A stretch of DNA of 56,634 nucleotides from a virus (taxonomy: Duplodnaviria; Caudoviricetes), in the IMG/VR virus record IMGVR_UViG_3300025655_000043, positions 1 through 56,634 of that record; one strand, given 5' to 3'. Each line of letters begins with the position of its first letter. The first letter of the stretch is position 1. The notes below the pieces were generated by a model. That model saw only the letters and a program-made list of their open reading frames with translations, did no database searches and had not been told where the DNA came from. Shown here one piece after another: positions 28,086 to 38,007 of this stretch. A program made the position numbers and the translations under genes.

Positions 28086-29527
28086 TGGGCAGCATCTTTC
28101 AAGGCACGCCGCAAACTGCCACTTCGTATGCGACGTCTTCGACCGAAACACCGAAGTGGATGCAAGACGCCATCTACAATCAGGTGCAGTGGGCGCAAAA
28201 CATCGCCAACACCCCCTATCAACCTTACGAGTTGCCGACGGTTGCTGAACTTTCGCCGTTGCAACAGCAAGCCTACGCCAATGTCGTCGCCAACCAAGGC
28301 TCTTGGGCACCGGCGATGGGCAAAGCGCAAGCCGGAATGGAAGGGTTCAGCACCAAAGGCACAGCCGATCAGTTGCGTCAAGAACAAGGGCAGTATTTGC
28401 GCCAAGACTTGGTTGGCAAAGGTCTCGATGCCGGACAGGAATTGTTCGGCAGAGCCGGTGGAATGGACGTTGTCGGAGCGGCACAGCCTTACCTGAGCCG
28501 AGCCGGTGAAATGGACGTTGTCGGAGCGGCACAACCTTACCTAAATCAAGCAGGAACGACGACCGCGCAGGCGCTGTCTGAGCGTGCGTTGGCGGCGGCT
28601 TCGCCTTATCTTCAGGGTGCTGGTCAAACTGCGGCGAGCCAAGTTGGCCAGTACATGTCGCCTTATCAGCAAGGTGTGTTGGACGTAATCGCCAAGCAAG
28701 GCGCACGCAACCTGACTGAAAACATTCTTCCTGGGGTTTCAGACGCCTTCATCAAAGCCGGTCAGTTCGGCTCCAGCCGAATGGGTGAGATGGGCGCACG
28801 CGCTCTGCGGGATACGCAGGAAGCTGTCCTCAACCAGCAGGCTCAGGCGGCTCAACAAGGTTACGGCCAAGCGATGCAAGCTGCTCAAGCAGACCTCGCA
28901 CGCCAAGCGCAACTGGCCGGAACGGTCGGCAGCATCAGCGGTGCAGACCTTTCCCGCATCATGCAAGGCGGTGCGCAGTACGGCAACCTCGGGCAGACAG
29001 CCGGTCAGCTGACGAGCCAGCAGATGCAGAACCTCGCCAACCTCGGGCAGACCAGCGGTCAAGTCACCAGCCAGCAGATGCAGAACCTCGCCAACCTTGG
29101 TCAGGCACAAACGCAAGCTGGTCAGGCGCAACAGCAATTCGGTCTCAACGCCGCGCAACAGGCTCAACAAGCGCAGGCGCAAGACTACCAGCGTCAGATG
29201 ACCGCGTTGCAGCAAATGGCTGCGATGGCTCAACAGGAACAGGGCATGCGTGCGGCAGACGTCGCCGCGCTGGAAACCGCTGGCGCTGCTCAACAGGCAC
29301 AACAACAGCGTCAGCTGGACGCCGCGCAAGCGCAGTACCAAGCCGAGCAGCTTTACCCGAAACAACAGATGGATTGGCTCAGCACGCAGGTTCGCGGTCT
29401 GGCTCCGATCACGCCACAAACACAAACTCAGTCTTCAACGACCACGGGTGCGACTTACTCGCCATCGCCGCTTTCACAGCTGGCAACAGGCTTGTACACG
29501 TACAAAGGTCTGAGCAGCCTAGGTTAA
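28085..29527 (+). CDS. Ejection/pilot protein 2, Gln/Ala-rich, 480 aa
   Basis: QYMSPYQQ.V, GQFGSSR, Gln-rich helices typical of DNA-transfer proteins. Confidence 0.7.
   Translation: MGSIFQGTPQTATSYATSSTETPKWMQDAIYNQVQWAQNIANTPYQPYELPTVAELSPLQQQAYANVVANQGSWAPAMGKAQAGMEGFSTKGTADQLRQEQGQYLRQDLVGKGLDAGQELFGRAGGMDVVGAAQPYLSRAGEMDVVGAAQPYLNQAGTTTAQALSERALAAASPYLQGAGQTAASQVGQYMSPYQQGVLDVIAKQGARNLTENILPGVSDAFIKAGQFGSSRMGEMGARALRDTQEAVLNQQAQAAQQGYGQAMQAAQADLARQAQLAGTVGSISGADLSRIMQGGAQYGNLGQTAGQLTSQQMQNLANLGQTSGQVTSQQMQNLANLGQAQTQAGQAQQQFGLNAAQQAQQAQAQDYQRQMTALQQMAAMAQQEQGMRAADVAALETAGAAQQAQQQRQLDAAQAQYQAEQLYPKQQMDWLSTQVRGLAPITPQTQTQSSTTTGATYSPSPLSQLATGLYTYKGLSSLG
28452..28542 (+). repeat. In-frame 48-bp tandem duplication (RAG.MDVVGAAQPYL x2)
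   Basis: Near-identical copies begin at 28452 and 28500. Confidence 0.85.
28984..29100 (+). repeat. In-frame 54-bp tandem duplication (NLGQT.GQ.TSQQMQNLA x2)
   Basis: Copies begin at 28984 and 29038; partial third at 29092. Confidence 0.85.
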
Positions 29528-29536
29528 GGAGCCGTC

Positions 29537-32347
29537 ATGGGATACGAACTCACCAGATTGATGAAGCAATACGGGGTCGCATCCCCGACCATGGCCAGCG
29601 CACCGCAGATGCCTGGATCGCCGCCCGTTGCGCCGACAATCGCTGACAATGCGACCACGGCTCAAAGGACACAATATGAAAAAGACCTAGAGACCTACAA
29701 CAAAGACAAAGCGGCGTTCGACGAGAGCGTGCGCAAGTACGGTCTGGCGCAAAAAGAATACGACCAATACAAAAGCGCGTATCAGGATCGGTTGGCGAAC
29801 ACCAACATGTACAACCAAGCGCAATTCAGCACGACCGGTGCGAGCGTGCCCGCCATCAACACCTTGTCGGACATGCAGAAGCGTGCCATGGGTTATGGCA
29901 CTCCGCCGACTGTCGCGCCTGCTCCTGCGGATTACTTGAATTCTGACGCCTATAAGAAGTTTCAAAAAGATCAAGAAGGCGCTGTCGGAACGATGGACAT
30001 GTACGAGTCGCCTTATTTTGGGATGTTCACCTCAGGATCTATAGGTCGTGCGCAAGACGCAGCATATGAAGAGTGGTTGAAAGCCAACCCGACGCAAGTG
30101 GTTCCAGCCTCTAAGAGCGGGTTCGGCATCGGTCAAGAAGCCGCCAACAAGAACATCCGCGACTGGATGGCGGCTAACCCCAACGTATCACCGGCTGAGT
30201 TCGCTGACATAAAGCAGCGTTACGGCGTGAACGACTACGACATTCGCAACGCGATGGGAACCGGCACGCAGTACGGCACGCCGCAGTGGACGGACACCGT
30301 CAATGCTCCGATTTACGACACGGCTCCGATCTCTCTGGCTGGGAAATCCCCGCAGGAAATTGCCAACTGGTACCTCGGTCGGCGTGACATCGGTTACACA
30401 GACGCAGACTTGCGTGCTGCTGGCGAGAAGACTTTCGGCAAACTGCCAGAATCGGCTTGGCGAGACATGCTCAGTGCTGCGTATCCTCAATACGTCAATC
30501 CTGTGAATTCTGCTTACGCTCAACTTGGGCGCAGCGGTTTCGGCACCAACATCAATCAGATCGACGACTCTGGGTACAACTATTGGTTGAACCAACTGAG
30601 CAGCGGTGCTGTGAATCCAGAAGGTCTGAACGCTGCAGTTTACAAAGCCGGAGTGGATTGGAACCCCGCTCAGGGAGACGCTTACGACCTCAGCAATGTC
30701 CCGCAAAACTTCGATTGGACTTATTACGTCAATAACAACCCCGACCTTCCTGGGGCAGGAATCGACACCCTCCCTGAAGCGCAGATGCACTACGCTGCAT
30801 ACGGCATGAACGAAGGTCGTTCTCCTTACGAAGGTTACGTCAAGCCGATGCCAGACATCGGCACGGGTTCTCCGAACCCTCAATACGATTCTTTGTCGAA
30901 AATGACACTCGATGGAAAACCGATTTCCAGCAGCATTGTCGCTGGAAATCCGCTTTTCAAAACCATCCTCGGCTCTTATGGAGATGGATACCTTGGACAA
31001 TATAGAAAAGGAGGCCAAGTCCGTGCATACGCAGAAGGCGGTGCAGTGAAAGGCTATCAAGACGGCGGTCTCGAAGACCGTGGCATCGTCGATCCTGAAA
31101 CAGGCGCGATCGTTTATCCTGTTCCTGAACAGCCTAAAATCACCAGCCGTCCGATCTACAACGATCCGGTTCTGGAAGGCGCGGCGAGAGCGATTGACCG
31201 AGCGCGCACAAATGACGCAAACATTCCGGCTCCTGCTGTGGCGGGAACCCGTAGCGTCGCTGCTGCCGCACCGCCACTCGATGCGCGTGCAGCCGCTCTG
31301 CAATCAATGCTCGACAGGTATGGGCCGAGAGACGTTGATTACGGCTCTCAAATAACTGAGGCTCGAACTCGCGCGGCTGACGAACAGCGAGCGTTCGAAC
31401 AGATGTTGCGCGCACAACTTGAGTCTCCCGAGGACGCAGCTTCTTCCAAAGCTGAAATGTACTTCCGCCTTGCAGCTGCATTCGGTTCGCCGACCAAAAC
31501 AGGGCACTTCACAGAGAACCTTTCGCTGGCTGGCAAAGAAATGGCTGAAACAGCCAAATCACAGCGCGAGTCCCGTGCCAAGAAGTTGGGCATCCGGATG
31601 GAACTGCAGAAGATGAAGATGGACGCCGCAAACAAAGAGCTAGACACTTTGCGTGCGTTGGAACAAGAAGGTGCTCGCGATCGCCGCGCCATCGCGCAAG
31701 AAATGATTCGCGAATACATCGCTTCCGGCAAACCGCAATCCACCGCTGGCAAAACAGCCGTGGACATGGGTTTTACGCCAGGAACACCAGAGTTCAACGC
31801 GAAAGTTGAAGAGTTGGCGGCTTTGGAAATCCAGCGGCAAACCGCCTTGATCAACGCGCAGTTGGCTTCCGCTGCAGCGACCACTCAGCGTGCCGGTCAA
31901 ATGTCGCCGACCGAGATCAATCTGCGCACCGAAACCGAGAACAATATCGCCAACATCGATCAAGCAATCAGAGATGTTGCCGAGGCTTATCGACTCAACC
32001 CCAACAGCTACGCTGGTGGTTGGCTCGATCGCGGTCAGCGTTGGTTGTATGAAGTCGCTGGTTCTGATGATCCGCGCATCGTCAACACTCGCCGCATCGA
32101 CAACTTGCTGGGTGCACAGGCTCTCAGTTCGTTGCGTGCGATTTTCGGCGGGAACCCGACCGAAGGTGAACGCGCCATCTTGCTGGAGTTGCAAGGTATC
32201 GGTTCTAGGTCGCTGGAAGAGCGTCGGCAAATCATGTTGCGTCTGGCCGAAGTGTTGGAAGATCGCAAAGCGTCGGCACAAACGCGGCTCGACAGAATTC
32301 TCAGCGGTGCATACCGCACCTACACGCCGCTCGAAGGAGAACAATGA
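29537..32347 (+). CDS. Ejection/internal virion protein 3, 936 aa, modular
   Basis: N-half of small domains; YRKGG-YAEGG-YQDGG cluster at 31001-31069; helical C-half. Confidence 0.7.
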   Translation: MGYELTRLMKQYGVASPTMASAPQMPGSPPVAPTIADNATTAQRTQYEKDLETYNKDKAAFDESVRKYGLAQKEYDQYKSAYQDRLANTNMYNQAQFSTTGASVPAINTLSDMQKRAMGYGTPPTVAPAPADYLNSDAYKKFQKDQEGAVGTMDMYESPYFGMFTSGSIGRAQDAAYEEWLKANPTQVVPASKSGFGIGQEAANKNIRDWMAANPNVSPAEFADIKQRYGVNDYDIRNAMGTGTQYGTPQWTDTVNAPIYDTAPISLAGKSPQEIANWYLGRRDIGYTDADLRAAGEKTFGKLPESAWRDMLSAAYPQYVNPVNSAYAQLGRSGFGTNINQIDDSGYNYWLNQLSSGAVNPEGLNAAVYKAGVDWNPAQGDAYDLSNVPQNFDWTYYVNNNPDLPGAGIDTLPEAQMHYAAYGMNEGRSPYEGYVKPMPDIGTGSPNPQYDSLSKMTLDGKPISSSIVAGNPLFKTILGSYGDGYLGQYRKGGQVRAYAEGGAVKGYQDGGLEDRGIVDPETGAIVYPVPEQPKITSRPIYNDPVLEGAARAIDRARTNDANIPAPAVAGTRSVAAAAPPLDARAAALQSMLDRYGPRDVDYGSQITEARTRAADEQRAFEQMLRAQLESPEDAASSKAEMYFRLAAAFGSPTKTGHFTENLSLAGKEMAETAKSQRESRAKKLGIRMELQKMKMDAANKELDTLRALEQEGARDRRAIAQEMIREYIASGKPQSTAGKTAVDMGFTPGTPEFNAKVEELAALEIQRQTALINAQLASAAATTQRAGQMSPTEINLRTETENNIANIDQAIRDVAEAYRLNPNSYAGGWLDRGQRWLYEVAGSDDPRIVNTRRIDNLLGAQALSSLRAIFGGNPTEGERAILLELQGIGSRSLEERRQIMLRLAEVLEDRKASAQTRLDRILSGAYRTYTPLEGEQ

Positions 32348-34449
32348 TGGGAGACGCAGCAAATTTCACCCGTGCTTTGCTCGGTCAAGGTCTTGGGATG
32401 GGTTGGGGCGACGAAGCCGAAGCGTGGCTTCGTTCCAAGATCGGCGAAAAGACTTATGAAGAAAACCTCAGAGACATCAACCGCGAATACGCCGAATACG
32501 CTCAACGCAACCCTCTCCTGACGGCTGGCACTGAATTCGCGGGTGGTGTGCTGCCGATGGTCGCCTCTTACGCCGCAACGCCATTCACAGGCGGTGCTGC
32601 AGCACCCGCCGCTGCTGCGACCACGGCTCGAACGGCTGGCGCATTGGCGCGGTTGGCTCAAAACCCAGTGGTGCGCGGTGCTTTGACTGGCATGGGAACA
32701 GGCGCAGTGGCTGGTGCAGGAACTGCTGAACCAGGAAGACGAGGCGAAGGAGCGGTGGTCGGCGGAACGGTCGGTACTATTGTTGGTGGCGGTGCACCGG
32801 TCGTGATCCGAGGAGCCGGCAACGCAGCGGGTTGGCTGCGCGACCGCCTCGCTCCGAGCGAGGAAGCCATCCGTCGAGGCTCGACACGCAGGGTTAACCG
32901 TGCTCTTGAACAGGCTCGGGAAGGCGCAGGCATGACGCCGCAAGAAGCCGCAGATGTCGTCGCCGCTGACCGCGCTCGTGGCATTCCGTCAACGCTCGCG
33001 AACGTCGATCCGTCGATGGTGGACTTGGCTGAAACCGCTGCGCAACGCACAGGCGTTGGTGCACGGCAAATTGAAGGAACTCTCGGCAGGCAGACATCTG
33101 GTGCGAGAGAGCGCGTCTACGGGCGCGTGCGCTCAGAAATCAGCGGCGGAAACTACTACGACGACGAAATGCGCATGGTGGAAGAGTTGCGCAATCAGGC
33201 TCGCACGCTTTACGACGACGCGTATGCATTCGGTGAAGTGAGCGACCCAAGGATCAGGCAAATTCTTGAGTCTCCGCAATTCAGAAGTTTCTACAATCGT
33301 GCGCGCGAAATCGCCGACAACGAGCGTTTGGCTGCTCAGCTGCGCGGCGAAGACACCAGCCGCTTCGACCTCAACCCGATCTACATGGTTGACTCGGAAG
33401 GCAACGCCGTCGTGCAACGCATCCCTGACGTGCGCACGCTCGATTACATCAAGCGCGGCATCGACGCAACGATCGAACGCGGTTTCGATGGCAAAGGTCT
33501 CAGTTCCGCTGAAGCCAGTGCCTTGCGCCAGCTGCGTCGTGAGTTTGTGAACGTTATAGACGAAGCGACCATTGACCCGAACACCGGAGTTTCTGCTTAC
33601 GCACAAGCCAGAGCAGGTTACGCCGGTGACATGGAGGTGCTGGACGCACTGCGCGCAGGGCGCAACGACTTCAACCGCCTCGACCACGAGGAAATCGCTC
33701 GCATGATTCAAGACATGAGCGAAGCTGAACGCGATGCATTCCGCACGGGTGCTGTGCGTAACATTTACGACCGCTTGATGGATCCGTCCGGCAACATCAA
33801 CGCCGCGCAACGCATCATCGGTTCGCCGGAATACGCAGCCAAGATGGCACCGTTGTTTGATTCGCCTGCGCAGTTCGACCTGTTCCGGTCGGCGATGCAG
33901 CGCGAGATGCAACTGTTCCAGCAATCCAACCGCATCCTTGGCGGTGCAGCGACAGCCAGACGCACGCAGGCACGTGGTGCTTTCGAAGAAGGCACGCCGG
34001 TTGGGGAAGTTGTGGCCGACACGATCACCGGTACGTTCGGAGGTTCGTTGACAAACCTTGTTGCGCGCATCGCTCGTAGCGCGACGATGACAGACGACAT
34101 TGCAACAGACGTTTCACGCATGTTGATGTCGAGCGATCCGACCGAGGTTGCCGCCGCTGTCAAGATCTTGGAAGATTATGGGCAACGAGCAGCAACCGGT
34201 GCAGCACAACTCAACCGTGCAGAAACCGGCGCGATCATGGGGACTGTGATCGCCGCTCAACCTGCCCCAACAACGGACGAAGCGCCAAATGTGGCTGAAG
34301 ACATTGCCAGAGAAACTCAAACGCGCATCGACCAAGGTGGTCCAGACATTCAAGCGGATTTGGACGCGTTGCGCAGATCTCGTGCGCAAACTGCAGAGCC
34401 TCGCGGATTGAACCTGACCATCGACGAACCTGCTGATGCAGGCAACTGA
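32344..34449 (+). CDS. Ejection/internal virion protein 4, 701 aa
   Basis: GQGLGMGWGDEAEA N-terminus, glycine-zipper hydrophobic segment, helical body; last gene of the virion arm. Confidence 0.7.
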   Translation: MMGDAANFTRALLGQGLGMGWGDEAEAWLRSKIGEKTYEENLRDINREYAEYAQRNPLLTAGTEFAGGVLPMVASYAATPFTGGAAAPAAAATTARTAGALARLAQNPVVRGALTGMGTGAVAGAGTAEPGRRGEGAVVGGTVGTIVGGGAPVVIRGAGNAAGWLRDRLAPSEEAIRRGSTRRVNRALEQAREGAGMTPQEAADVVAADRARGIPSTLANVDPSMVDLAETAAQRTGVGARQIEGTLGRQTSGARERVYGRVRSEISGGNYYDDEMRMVEELRNQARTLYDDAYAFGEVSDPRIRQILESPQFRSFYNRAREIADNERLAAQLRGEDTSRFDLNPIYMVDSEGNAVVQRIPDVRTLDYIKRGIDATIERGFDGKGLSSAEASALRQLRREFVNVIDEATIDPNTGVSAYAQARAGYAGDMEVLDALRAGRNDFNRLDHEEIARMIQDMSEAERDAFRTGAVRNIYDRLMDPSGNINAAQRIIGSPEYAAKMAPLFDSPAQFDLFRSAMQREMQLFQQSNRILGGAATARRTQARGAFEEGTPVGEVVADTITGTFGGSLTNLVARIARSATMTDDIATDVSRMLMSSDPTEVAAAVKILEDYGQRAATGAAQLNRAETGAIMGTVIAAQPAPTTDEAPNVAEDIARETQTRIDQGGPDIQADLDALRRSRAQTAEPRGLNLTIDEPADAGN

Positions 34450-34504
34450 AGCCATGAGGGGTCATCGCTGACCCCTGTCTCCTCGCCGCTGTTGGAACGG
34501 CGTT

Positions 34505-34534
34505 AAAAACCCCGCCTAGTGCGGGGTTCTTTTT
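34505..34534. terminator. Bidirectional intrinsic terminator between convergent arms
   Basis: AAAAACCCCGC-CTAGT-GCGGGGTTCTTTTT; extra hairpin AGGGGTCA-TCGC-TGACCCCT at 34457-34476. Confidence 0.85.
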
Positions 34535-34749
34535 CACATGTTGCAGGGCACTTCTTCACCTTTGTAAGGTGGCCATCCGGCACGCTGGTCTGGGGCGATG
34601 CCTTTGGCGGCGTCCATCTCCCAGAGACGGACCATGTCGCAGTAGTGTTGTTCTTGGCGCACGGCTTCTTCGTAGTCAGACTGGCCAGCGATGCCGATCA
34701 GCAACAAGAAACCAAAAACACCAGCGGTGTAGAGCAAAGCGTTTTTCAT
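34534..34749 (-). CDS. Small protein with N-terminal signal/TM segment, 71 aa
   Basis: GGAG SD; hydrophobic residues 4-21. Confidence 0.75.
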   Translation of the reverse strand: MKNALLYTAGVFGFLLLIGIAGQSDYEEAVRQEQHYCDMVRLWEMDAAKGIAPDQRAGWPPYKGEEVPCNM

Positions 34750-34797
34750 TCTCAGTTCTCCAAAGGTTGCCTCCCCCGAAGGGGAGGCTTGACCGAC

Positions 34798-35799
34798 TTA
34801 GGCTGCTTCGAGCAGGCGGTTGGTGACGTTCACCTTGAGTGATGCGCGGTCGGTGAGGTGCGCACGCTCGAAGGCGCGGCTCTTGTCGCCTTTGCCACCA
34901 GCTTCATGGTCGAAGAACTGGGTCACGGCGTTCACCAGACCCCATGCGGTGCCTTTGGAGGAGCGGAAGTCGTTGCCGAGGCTCTCGCCGTCGTACAGCT
35001 TCATGATGCGGCGCAGGACGATGGACGAGTCAACCATCTCATCGCGGGTCATGTCGTCGCCTTCCTTGTTCTTCCACTCAGCCTTGAGTTCGTCGGCAAC
35101 GATGTCGATCGCAAAGTCGCGGTCGATTTGCAGGTTGGCCAACTTGTCAATGTTCTGCAGGAAGTTGTCCCATGCGCCTTCAACGATGCCCAGCTGCTGC
35201 TTGACGCTGTCAGCGTGGAAGGTCGCCGAGTGCGGCACGCGGATCTGAGCGTTCTGACCTTCAGCGCCGATCGACATGCGCAGCGTGTTGTTGCAAACAA
35301 CGCGGACGCTGGTCAGGTGCACGGCGGTGGCCATAGAGCCATCGCAAGAGGACGCCATGAGCAGGTAGGGCTTGATCTCGTCCTGACCCATGATGCGTGC
35401 GGCTTCACCACACTTGGCCAGTGCCCAGAACTTGCGACCGCCGAACAAGCAGCCAGCGGTTTCCATCTTGAACCCTTGGTCAGCGATCAGGTCGCGGAAG
35501 AATTCCAGAGCCTCACCAGGATGGACGATCTTGTAGTTGTTGGAAACAACACCCAGCGCACCGCTGCTGTCAGAGCGGTAGAGCACGCGGCGGTCGGGAA
35601 AGATCACGTCCTGACCCTGTGCGCCTTTGTAGACCAGCGCGGTGTCGTTGACGTTCCAGTTCATGCCAGCTTCAACACGCCACGTGTCGAGGTCTGCATC
35701 TTCGGTCAGAGCCTGACCAAGTCCGTGCCAAGGAAGCGAACCAACGTAAGCCATGTTAGCGCGGTCGTTCGTCATGTCGAGTTCGTGTGCCATTTTCAT
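34798..35799 (-). CDS. DUF932 / TIGR03299-like phage-plasmid protein
   Basis: PWHGLG, ETAG.L.GGRK.W.LA, S.DGS, VRVVCNNTL, GTAWGLVNAVT motifs. True start may be ATG 35793. Confidence 0.85.
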   Translation of the reverse strand: MKMAHELDMTNDRANMAYVGSLPWHGLGQALTEDADLDTWRVEAGMNWNVNDTALVYKGAQGQDVIFPDRRVLYRSDSSGALGVVSNNYKIVHPGEALEFFRDLIADQGFKMETAGCLFGGRKFWALAKCGEAARIMGQDEIKPYLLMASSCDGSMATAVHLTSVRVVCNNTLRMSIGAEGQNAQIRVPHSATFHADSVKQQLGIVEGAWDNFLQNIDKLANLQIDRDFAIDIVADELKAEWKNKEGDDMTRDEMVDSSIVLRRIMKLYDGESLGNDFRSSKGTAWGLVNAVTQFFDHEAGGKGDKSRAFERAHLTDRASLKVNVTNRLLEAA

Positions 35800-35844
35800 T
35801 CTCCAGTTCTAAGTTGGGTTGAGTAGGTCAATCGACCTGAGTGT

Positions 35845-35873
35845 ATCATGCCTGAAGTTTTCACCTCAGGCAA
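35845..35873 (-). promoter_or_regulatory. Promoter TTGCCT-N17-CATGAT overlapped by inverted repeat TGCCTGA...TCAGGCA
   Basis: Read on minus strand; 17-bp spacer. Confidence 0.65.
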
Positions 35874-35892
35874 CTACTTTTTGAAACTATTT

Positions 35893-36363
35893 TCAGTTCT
35901 CCTCCTTCTTGGTGATTTTGTAGACCGAGATGGCGCGCATCGCACGACCGTTGGTCCAGTCGTGATTGGTGCCGTTGATGACGGTGAGCACGTGACGCTT
36001 GGTGAACATCAGGTAGGTGTTGCCGTCTGCCCAGACGTTGTTGAACCGAGCGGGGTGGTGCGTGGTCACGTTGCGGAGCACGTCACGGTGTCCTTTGGGG
36101 TACTGGTCGATGAAGCCCTGAATGCTGACACGCTCTGCTTTGAAACCAAGGTCAGCGATCGCCTTGAGGATGTCTTGGGTGTACGCGCCACGACCTTTGC
36201 GGCGACCGTTGGAGGCAAGTGCGCGGTGGGCCACTTCGTACTCTGCACCACAGGCCAGCGCAACAGCCTTGACCGAGCAGTCGTTCTTTTCACCCATCGC
36301 GTTGCTCGCTGCAACCAGTTGGTTGAATTCGCCGGTGCGGATCGAGGTGTTGATTCGTGCCAT
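35893..36363 (-). CDS. Putative papain-fold (C39-like) cysteine peptidase, 156 aa
   Basis: NDC(29)SVKAVALA...G.Y..DILKAIADLGF...RH(124)VLTV..G..HD(135): order and context match a Cys-His-Asp triad. Confidence 0.55.
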   Translation of the reverse strand: MARINTSIRTGEFNQLVAASNAMGEKNDCSVKAVALACGAEYEVAHRALASNGRRKGRGAYTQDILKAIADLGFKAERVSIQGFIDQYPKGHRDVLRNVTTHHPARFNNVWADGNTYLMFTKRHVLTVINGTNHDWTNGRAMRAISVYKITKKEEN

Positions 36364-36419
36364 CTTCAGTTCTCCAGTTCTTCAGTTCTAGTTCGGTTGA
36401 ACCCCTCAACCGTAAGTGT

Positions 36420-36448
36420 ATTATGCCTGAGTGTTTCATAGTCGGCAA
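36420..36448 (-). promoter_or_regulatory. Promoter TTGCCG-N17-CATAAT
   Basis: Near consensus, AT-rich upstream tract. Confidence 0.75.
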
Positions 36449-36492
36449 CACATTTTTGAAAATATTTTCATATTTCTGCAAGTCGTTGTTTT

Positions 36493-38007
36493 TCAACGAG
36501 AAAACAGAGCCAAACCTTTGTCGATGATGGTGTCGGCGATGTCTTTCTTGCTCATCAGGGTGCGGATCACCACCTCGTCGATGGTGCCTTTGGCGGCGAT
36601 GTTGATGTAGGTTACGTTCTTCTTCTGGCCGATGCGATGGGCGCGGTCTTCCGACTGCAGCCGGTCGCGCAAGCTGAAGTTGTTGCTGAAGTAGATCACG
36701 TAGGACGCCGCCACGAGCGTGATGCCTGTGCCACCGGCTTGCTGGTTGCCGACGAACACCTGCGCGTCGCCGCGCTCGAAACGCTCAATGGCGTCCGTGC
36801 GGTCATCCTTGTTCACGCCGCCGTGGTACTCAACGCACGGGATTCCGTCCAAGCGCAGTCGCTTGACGATGTCCTCAATCTCAACACGGTAGCGTGCCCA
36901 CACGATCACCTTCTCGCCGCTTTCGACGATCTTGTTCACGCGGTCCACCAACAGGTCCAACTTGGGGTTGTCGCCTTCGATGCGCACAGGTTCGTCGGAC
37001 ATTGGGTGAATGTAGTAGCCAGACGTGATCTGCGCCAGCTTAGTGACGGCCACCAGCTTGTTGAACGGAGTCTCCTCATTCTCGAACACGATGCGGCACT
37101 CGTCCTCGGCTTTCTTGTAGACCTTGATCTGCTCTGGCGTCATGCTGAAGACCAGTGTCTTGTAGATTTTCTCCGGCAAGTCCAAGCATTCGCTCTTGAG
37201 CACGCGGAAGCTGTGGGGTGCGATCAGGCGCGACAATTTGTCTAGGTTGCGGTACTTGGGTCTGCCTCCTGGACCACGGGCAACAACCTGCGGCACGCCG
37301 CGCGAGTTGGTGCGACGGCGGATGTTCTCAAGCAAGGGATTCCCCTGCTGCAGCATCTCGGCGTACTCAGCCTTGAACGCATAGAAACTGGTCGTCCCGA
37401 GGATGTGCTCGTCCAAGAACGAAAACTGGCTGAAGGCGTCGAACGGTGCGTTGTTGATGGGCGTTCCAGACATGATGCGCCGCCAGTAGCTGAGGTTGCG
37501 CAACTTCATCAGGTTCTTGGTGCGCTTGGCGGTGGGGTTCTTGACGCTGTCGCTCTCGTCGCATACGATCATCAAGCGGCGTGCGCACAACCCGAACCGC
37601 TCAGCTTCGGCCATGCCTTTGGTGGTTTGCAGGGCTTCCCAGTTCATGGTCAACACTTTGAGTTCGCCGTTGGACGGTTCGTACAGCCGATCCAACTCTT
37701 CTTTTTCGGCTTTGCGCGGCGTTGCAGCCCACGCTGCGGAGCGGTACCTGACCCAGTCGGGCATGTGCTTGGGCAACTCTAGGCGCGTCCAGTTTGTGTG
37801 CACACCGTTGGGCGCGAACACCAGCACGGCGTCACAGTCTCCTGACGCCCAAAGGTCGGCGACGTTGTTGATGACGATCCAAGTTTTGCCTGTGCCCATC
37901 TCGGCCAGCAAAGCAAACACCCGCTCTCGACCGAACTTGTTCAGGCACTCTAGCTGGTGGCGGTAGGGTTTGGTTTTGAACTTAGTGTCTGGCGTAATTT
38001 GGTCCAT
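36493..38007 (-). CDS. SNF2-family helicase
   Basis: EMGTGKT, CDES, MSGTP, AGGTGITL, QSEDRAHRIGQ. Confidence 0.93.
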   Translation of the reverse strand: MDQITPDTKFKTKPYRHQLECLNKFGRERVFALLAEMGTGKTWIVINNVADLWASGDCDAVLVFAPNGVHTNWTRLELPKHMPDWVRYRSAAWAATPRKAEKEELDRLYEPSNGELKVLTMNWEALQTTKGMAEAERFGLCARRLMIVCDESDSVKNPTAKRTKNLMKLRNLSYWRRIMSGTPINNAPFDAFSQFSFLDEHILGTTSFYAFKAEYAEMLQQGNPLLENIRRRTNSRGVPQVVARGPGGRPKYRNLDKLSRLIAPHSFRVLKSECLDLPEKIYKTLVFSMTPEQIKVYKKAEDECRIVFENEETPFNKLVAVTKLAQITSGYYIHPMSDEPVRIEGDNPKLDLLVDRVNKIVESGEKVIVWARYRVEIEDIVKRLRLDGIPCVEYHGGVNKDDRTDAIERFERGDAQVFVGNQQAGGTGITLVAASYVIYFSNNFSLRDRLQSEDRAHRIGQKKNVTYINIAAKGTIDEVVIRTLMSKKDIADTIIDKGLALFSR

